Of a DNA stretch of 50,824 nt, positions 46,131 to 50,824 are shown piece by piece (the stretch's first letter is position 1; every line of letters begins with the position of its first letter). The notes beneath the pieces are model-generated. The model was not told the DNA's origin. It saw only the letters and a program-made list of their open reading frames with translations, and made no database searches. This DNA is from Bacteroidota bacterium (GTDB lineage Bacteria; Bacteroidota; Ignavibacteria; UBA10030), in NCBI GenBank assembly GCA_015661185.1, contig JACVXU010000002.1:1-50824 (forward strand). Direction: 5' to 3'. The translations under genes and the position numbers were made by a program.

Positions 46131-46721
46131 ATGTCCATCTTACCAATTTATCTATACGGAACCGAGGTTTTGCGCAAGAAGGCAAAAGCGATCCCGAGAC
46201 TTGACCACTCAATCATCAAGCTGATGTACGATCTGGCTGAAACGATGCACAAGGCGAACGGAATCGGGCTGGCTGCGACACAAGTCGGGGAGTTGCGCCG
46301 AATGCTCGTCGTCGATCTCGCGGCGATCGAACGCGGTGTAACAGAAGAAGGCGAGGAGAAAGAACCGCCCCCTGGTACGGAAGCGAAGGTTCTTGTTATG
46401 ATCAATCCGGAAATCGTGGAAGCGGAAGGCTCCGCATCGATGGAAGAGGGCTGTCTCAGCATCCCTGACCTGCGGGCAGAAGTGGATCGTCCCCAAAAGG
46501 TCAGTGTTCGATACAGGGATGCGAATTTCGATGAGGTGAAGCTGACTGCGGAGGGGATCCTTGCGAGGGTCATTCAGCATGAAGCTGACCACCTGGACGG
46601 CATCATGTTCGTCGATCGTGTGGGCAAGACACGCCGCGTACTCCTGAAAAGTGACCTGAAGAAGATCGAGAAAGGCGAAGTGGACACGTCGTATCCATCC
46701 ATCAGTTCTGTTGAGGTGTGA
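46131..46721 (+). CDS. def: Peptide deformylase
   Basis: GIGLAATQVG, EGCLSIP, HEADHLDG. Confidence 0.95.
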   Translation: MSILPIYLYGTEVLRKKAKAIPRLDHSIIKLMYDLAETMHKANGIGLAATQVGELRRMLVVDLAAIERGVTEEGEEKEPPPGTEAKVLVMINPEIVEAEGSASMEEGCLSIPDLRAEVDRPQKVSVRYRDANFDEVKLTAEGILARVIQHEADHLDGIMFVDRVGKTRRVLLKSDLKKIEKGEVDTSYPSISSVEV

Positions 46722-46730
46722 GCCTTCAGT

Positions 46731-47672
46731 ATGAGAATACTCTTCATGGGCACGCCGGAGTTTGCCATCCCCAGTCTCAGGACTCTGCTCGAGCATGGCT
46801 ACAACGTGGTTTCGGTCGTGACCGCACCGGACAAGCCCCAAGGACGAGGTCAGAGAATCGCGCCGCCACCGGTTAAGGAATTCGCCCTTCTGCGAAGCAT
46901 TCCCGTAATCCAGCCGCAGCAACTGAAAGCCCGAGAGTTTGTTTCCGCTGTTTCAGATCTTCAGCCGGATCTGATTATTGTGGTCGCGTTCCGGATTCTC
47001 CCTCCGGAGGTCTTCACGATTCCGAGACTTGGCTCGTTCAATCTGCACGCATCGGTGCTTCCTAAATTCCGTGGTGCCGCACCGATCAACTGGGCAATCA
47101 TGCGGGGAGAAGAAGAGACAGGCGTTACCACGTTTTTCCTTCAGGATAAAGTCGATACCGGATCAATCCTGCTGCAGGCTCGCGTACGGATCGGTCCGGA
47201 TGACACTGCTGGTGAACTGCATGACCGCCTTGCCGACCTTGGGGCCGAGGTTGTTCTGCAGACAGTCCGATCGATTGAAGTGGGAAATGTGAAGCCGGTC
47301 GCCCAGGATGAAGCGTCCGCCTCGTTGGCCCCGAAAATCTTCCGGGAGGACTGCGAGATCGATTGGAATAAACCTGCCGTGGATATTCACAATTTCGTCC
47401 GTGGACTATCGCCCAGCCCTTGTGCCTGGACAAATCACCATGAGAAGGTGCTTCGGGTTTATCGAACCGAACGTGTGGAAGACGCTGGATCGCTCATGGA
47501 GCATGAAGCCGGAGTCATTGCCGATGTGTGCGCGGAAAAAGTAATCGTTCGGACAGCGGCAGGGCTGATAGCACTTGCTGAGGTTCAGCAGGAGGGAAGA
47601 AAGCGAATGGGTGTTGCAGAGTTCCTGCGCGGCCACCCATTGAAAGTTGGAAACAGGCTCGGCAAGTTGTGA
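46731..47672 (+). CDS. fmt: Methionyl-tRNA formyltransferase
   Basis: MRILFMGTPEFAIPSL, NLHASVLPKFRGAAPINWAI. Confidence 0.95.
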   Translation: MRILFMGTPEFAIPSLRTLLEHGYNVVSVVTAPDKPQGRGQRIAPPPVKEFALLRSIPVIQPQQLKAREFVSAVSDLQPDLIIVVAFRILPPEVFTIPRLGSFNLHASVLPKFRGAAPINWAIMRGEEETGVTTFFLQDKVDTGSILLQARVRIGPDDTAGELHDRLADLGAEVVLQTVRSIEVGNVKPVAQDEASASLAPKIFREDCEIDWNKPAVDIHNFVRGLSPSPCAWTNHHEKVLRVYRTERVEDAGSLMEHEAGVIADVCAEKVIVRTAAGLIALAEVQQEGRKRMGVAEFLRGHPLKVGNRLGKL

Positions 47673-47707
47673 GCGAATCGGGTCAACGCCCCACTCTGTC
47701 ACGTTGT

Positions 47708-47736
47708 TTGCAAACGGCTTGAAAAAGGAGTATATT
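47708..47736 (+). promoter_or_regulatory. Promoter candidate for parAB
   Basis: TTGCAA-17 nt-TATATT, about 46 nt upstream of ATG 47783. Confidence 0.35.
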
Positions 47737-47782
47737 CGCACTTGAATGTGCCCTCGAAGAAAAGAAAATCGGTAGCTGATCG

Positions 47783-48592
47783 ATGTCGAAAGTAATCGTC
47801 ATTGCAAATCAAAAAGGTGGTGTTGGCAAGACGACGACAGCAGTGAACCTGGCTGCGTCGCTCGCCGTGGCGGAGAAACGAACCCTCCTCGTCGACGTCG
47901 ATCCACAGGCAAACGCGACCAGTGGCATCGGCATTTCTCCCCTCGAAGGCCGTACTATCTATGAGGTAATCATTGACGGATTGAATATGGGCTCGACGAT
48001 TGTCGAGACACAGATGCCTTTTCTCTCCTGTGTGCCTTCCCACATCAATCTCGTCGGTGCCGAAATCGAAATGGTAGAGCTTGAAAACCGGGAGCGGAGA
48101 CTGGCTCAGGCGATCCAAACTGTCCGGGATCAATATGATTTCATCGTTATCGATTGCCCCCCCTCGTTGGGACTCCTGACGCTGAACGCTCTTACGGCAG
48201 CCGATTCCATCCTGATCCCCGTTCAATGCGAGTACTTCGCGCTGGAAGGGCTTGGACAGCTTTTCAGCACCATCAACCTGGTGAAAAAGACCCTCAATCC
48301 GAATCTCGATATCGAGGGCGTGCTGCTGACGATGTTTGATTCACGTCTACGCCTTTCGAATCAGATTGTGGATGAAGTGAAGCGCTATTTCGGGAACAAG
48401 GTCTTTAAAACAATCATCTCCCGGAACATTCGCCTGAGTGAGGCTCCAAGTTTTGGCAAGCCAATTATTCTGTACGACGCGATTTGCTCGGGCACGCGGC
48501 ACCATATGGATCTCGCCAAAGAGGTCCTGGCGAATAACGATGGTCTGACGCCGGAGTCGATTCCGCAACCTCACTCTGTAACAGGACACTGA
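47783..48592 (+). CDS. parA: Chromosome partitioning ATPase ParA/Soj
   Basis: Deviant Walker A in KVIVIANQKGGVGKTTTAVNLA; also DCPPSLG. Confidence 0.95.
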   Translation: MSKVIVIANQKGGVGKTTTAVNLAASLAVAEKRTLLVDVDPQANATSGIGISPLEGRTIYEVIIDGLNMGSTIVETQMPFLSCVPSHINLVGAEIEMVELENRERRLAQAIQTVRDQYDFIVIDCPPSLGLLTLNALTAADSILIPVQCEYFALEGLGQLFSTINLVKKTLNPNLDIEGVLLTMFDSRLRLSNQIVDEVKRYFGNKVFKTIISRNIRLSEAPSFGKPIILYDAICSGTRHHMDLAKEVLANNDGLTPESIPQPHSVTGH

Positions 48593-48593
48593 C

Positions 48594-49514
48594 ATGTCTC
48601 CTCAAAAGAAATCTGTTCTCGGACGGGGGTTGAGCGCCCTGATTCCAAAGTTGCCCGTGAAGGAAGTGAGCGTACGGCGCGATGAAATCGGGGAGGACAC
48701 GGGAGAAGTGGGCATCATGGCCCGCATCGCGGTCGAACAAATCCGACCGAACCCGTTTCAGCCGCGCACGGAATTCGATCCTGAAACTCTCGCAGAGCTT
48801 ACCCGCTCCATCGTTGAGAAAGGCGTCATCCAGCCGATAACTGTCCGGCGCGTTGAGGGGGGCTTTCAGCTTGTAACAGGCGAGCGTCGACTCCGGGCGG
48901 CGCACCAAGCGGGGCTCTCCGATATCCCTGCTTACGTTATCACCGTTGATTCCGATGAGGAAATGCTCGAGCTGGCGTTGATCGAGAACATCCAGCGCGA
49001 CACGCTGAACCCGATTGAAATCGCACACGCCTACAAACGCCTGATCGACGAATGTCACCTGACGCAGGAAGAAGTGGCTGAGAAGGTGGGGAAGGATCGG
49101 ACAACCGTTACGAACTTCATCCGACTGCTGAAGCTGCCAATTGAAATCCAGGTCGGAGTCCGAAAGAACCAGATTTCAATGGGGCACGCCCGGGCGCTTA
49201 TCAACGTTCCGACAGAGAGTATGCAGCTCCGTCTCTATCAGAAGATCGTCGATTCGGGGCTTTCCGTTCGAAGAATTGAACAACTCGCCAAGGCAACAGG
49301 CACAACAACGGAGGGCCAGAAGCGAAGGACTCCGGCACGGGAAACGTCTGCGAGTGTCCAGAGCATAGAAGAGAAACTACGGCAGACGCTGGGAACCAAA
49401 GTAAACGTGCGGGAACGCGAAAATGGACGGGGCGAGATCGTCGTTGAGTTTTACTCGTTGGATGATCTGGATCGCCTGCTGGATCTGTTTGCTTCCCTCG
49501 AAAAGTTCCACTAG
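48594..49514 (+). CDS. parB: Chromosome partitioning protein ParB/Spo0J
   Basis: GLSALI, NPFQPRTEFD, QPITVR, GERRLRAA, and the HTH segment. Confidence 0.95.
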   Translation: MSPQKKSVLGRGLSALIPKLPVKEVSVRRDEIGEDTGEVGIMARIAVEQIRPNPFQPRTEFDPETLAELTRSIVEKGVIQPITVRRVEGGFQLVTGERRLRAAHQAGLSDIPAYVITVDSDEEMLELALIENIQRDTLNPIEIAHAYKRLIDECHLTQEEVAEKVGKDRTTVTNFIRLLKLPIEIQVGVRKNQISMGHARALINVPTESMQLRLYQKIVDSGLSVRRIEQLAKATGTTTEGQKRRTPARETSASVQSIEEKLRQTLGTKVNVRERENGRGEIVVEFYSLDDLDRLLDLFASLEKFH

Positions 49515-49556
49515 ATCGTTCGGTTTGCGTCTTCACCCAATGAAAATGGATTGACC

Positions 49557-49946
49557 ATGGGCAATCAGAAAGTTTTCACCGACAAAGCGCCGAAGCCAAT
49601 CGGACCGTACAGCCAGGGGATCATCGTCGACGGCCGCTTCGTCTATACGGCGGGACAAGTTGCAATCGACCCCGCGACCAATCAGGTCGTTGAGGGAGAC
49701 ATCAAGGTTCAGACTCGACAGGTCCTGAAAAACATCGAAGCCGTTCTCAGGGCAGCAAATGCTTCCATGGAATCCGTCGTGAAGACGACTGTATTCCTCA
49801 AAGACTTCAATGACTTCGCTGCAATGAATGAGGTCTACGCGGAATTTTTCTCGGGATCAGCTCCCGCAAGAAGCACGGTCGAAGTCGGCCGCCTGCCGAG
49901 GGATATGAAAGTCGAGATTGAAGCTGTAGCGGTTATCGAGAAGTAG
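49557..49946 (+). CDS. ridA: RidA/YjgF family reactive-intermediate deaminase
   Basis: [12 protein letters not shown]...[11 protein letters not shown]...ARSTVEV. ATG 49557 is preferred over TTG 49551. Confidence 0.9.
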   Translation: MGNQKVFTDKAPKPIGPYSQGIIVDGRFVYTAGQVAIDPATNQVVEGDIKVQTRQVLKNIEAVLRAANASMESVVKTTVFLKDFNDFAAMNEVYAEFFSGSAPARSTVEVGRLPRDMKVEIEAVAVIEK

Positions 49947-49964
49947 GATGTAGTGCCCGGCACG

Positions 49965-50564
49965 ATGAAATCCCGGTCGCTCTTACTGAGTTGTCTGCGT
50001 TCGATTCTTCTTTGCGGCCTCCTCTGCCAGGTCTTTCTGCCGGCGTCCGCTCAATACCGTGTTTCCGCATCACTCCTCAAGCCTGAGCCATTGCCTCAGG
50101 GTACGCTCTTCATCCACATGTCTGATTCATTGAAAGCCGATTCCACGAAGACGCAGCCGATGCCTCTGGCCCTCAAATCTCCTGCTACTGCAGTTCTTCT
50201 CTCAGCAGTCCTTCCAGGTGCGGGGCAGATCTACACCGGGCGCTACTGGAAAGTCCCCATCATTCTGGGTTTTGGCGGGTATTTTGGCACCCAGTGGTTT
50301 CGGATGAATGACCGCTATGCAAATGCCCGGTCAAAGTATCAGGAATCAGTGTTGGCGGGGGAGAACAAGGATCAGGGAAACGCGCAACTTTTGTACGAAC
50401 GGGATTTCTATCGCGATCAGCGGGACAGGTTCGCGTTCTACTTCGCGATTACCTACCTCTTGAATCTCGTCGATGCGTATGTCGGTGCCAGCCTCTACAA
50501 CTTTGACGTTGGTGACAATCTCTCCGGCGGTGCGTCGCTCAAAATCAGCATCCCTCTTCGCTAA
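49965..50564 (+). CDS. DUF5683-like membrane protein
   Basis: Signal or TM segment followed by LSAVLPGAGQIYTGRYWKVPII, a motif I associate with the Bacteroidota DUF5683 family. That is recollection, not checked. Confidence 0.65.
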   Translation: MKSRSLLLSCLRSILLCGLLCQVFLPASAQYRVSASLLKPEPLPQGTLFIHMSDSLKADSTKTQPMPLALKSPATAVLLSAVLPGAGQIYTGRYWKVPIILGFGGYFGTQWFRMNDRYANARSKYQESVLAGENKDQGNAQLLYERDFYRDQRDRFAFYFAITYLLNLVDAYVGASLYNFDVGDNLSGGASLKISIPLR

Positions 50565-50604
50565 ACCTATCTCAGAAACCTCTTGGGAACGATGAGAGTC
50601 TCAC

Positions 50605-50672
50605 GCCAAGACGCAAAGTCGCCAAAAACTTGAATTTCTTTCTATCCTTTGCGGTCTTCGTGTCTTGGTGGC
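50605..50672. repeat. Imperfect hairpin element between convergent genes
   Basis: GCCAAGACGCAAAG ... CTTTGCGGTCTTCGTGTCTTGGTGGC. CGCAAAG pairs with CTTTGCG and CCAAGAC with GTCTTGG, with an internal GTCTTCGT duplication. There is no flanking T-tract. Confidence 0.35.
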
Positions 50673-50713
50673 AGGACTTGCCGGCCGCGTCTCTAGCAAG
50701 CAACGAAGGCGAT

Positions 50714-50824
50714 CTATCGTAGCAGGTCCGCAAGCGCCCCAGGGAGCGTGGGGAATCGGAATTCAAATCCGTCCTTCATCAATTTCTGAGGAACGACTTG
50801 TTGTCCGGATAGGACTACATCAGC
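50714..50824 (-). CDS. C-terminal 36 codons of an SDR-family epimerase with DUF1731-type tail (YfcH-like); open at window edge
   Basis: The minus-strand frame reads ADVVLSGQQVVPQKLMKDGFEFRFPTLPGALADLLR*. This resembles the conserved ...P.KL...GF.F.YP.L..AL..L C-terminus of the TIGR01777 family, from memory. Confidence 0.55.
   Translation of the reverse strand, partial: ADVVLSGQQVVPQKLMKDGFEFRFPTLPGALADLLR

Noticed and set aside
47673-47782. Search for a parS site (TGTTTCACGTGAAACA-like) near parAB and elsewhere in the window.
   Set aside because: Only a poor partial match (TGTCACGTTGTTTGC) was found. No 16-bp palindrome of the parS type was seen.
50572-50766. 64-aa minus-strand ORF (..LATLRLGVRL..), and the 78-aa ORF at 44296-44532.
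   Set aside because: The first is the translation of an intergenic hairpin/repeat and the second lies in the rpoD upstream region. Neither has an RBS or plausible protein features.
1-50824. CRISPR arrays, tandem repeats, transposase/integrase genes, and tRNA or rRNA genes.
   Set aside because: None were seen on reading the intergenic regions and ORF translations. The intergenic regions are too short for arrays, apart from those discussed above.

Overview
This is a gene-dense, mostly housekeeping window made of two differently organised segments. Segment A (1 to about 7,445) carries pheT' (5' part only), pheS, a stand-alone cNMP-binding protein, two small hypotheticals, a PfkB sugar kinase, an MFS transporter and ilvA. 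Its pheS-pheT spacer holds a decayed P-loop ATPase gene and a palindromic repeat. Segment B (about 7,450 to 50,824) looks like an FCB-group (Bacteroidota/Ignavibacteriota-like) chromosome, judged from the short 285-aa RpoD and a DUF5683-like protein. On its minus strand lie a truncated ruvB, then ruvA, ruvC, yebC, recJ, RNase P RNA, RNase HI, a COG1579 zinc-ribbon protein and NIF3. Next comes a kinase-less module of REC-HisKA, CheY and a sigma54 activator. A 16-kb unidirectional array follows: gcdH-like ACAD, guaB, pepP, GT4, purD, an epimerase, meaB, a second ACAD, a 1028-aa fused membrane/spermidine-synthase/TPR protein, an acyl-CoA carboxyltransferase, an exported hypothetical and a second sigma54 activator. 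The rest of the segment carries rlmB, lgt, hisS, ptsN, a fused NDP-sugar pyrophosphorylase/phosphomutase, a membrane 2xGAF-degenerate-GGDEF protein with a small zinc-ribbon ORF, deoB, rpoD, an NlpC/P60 lipoprotein, def, fmt, parA, parB, ridA and a DUF5683-like protein. I saw no rRNA, tRNA, CRISPR array, transposase, integrase or recognisable defence island. The only RNA gene I can support is rnpB. The two segments meet at a point where two facing genes are both cut off, which most likely reflects a chimeric join or contig concatenation. The most system-like candidates are the kinase-less REC-DHp/CheY/EBP module, the PelD-like c-di-GMP receptor candidate with its zinc-ribbon partner, and a promoter-to-terminator unit in front of NIF3. 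None of these is demonstrably novel from sequence alone. All calls come from reading the sequence and ORF translations by eye. No database search, covariance model or statistics were run.
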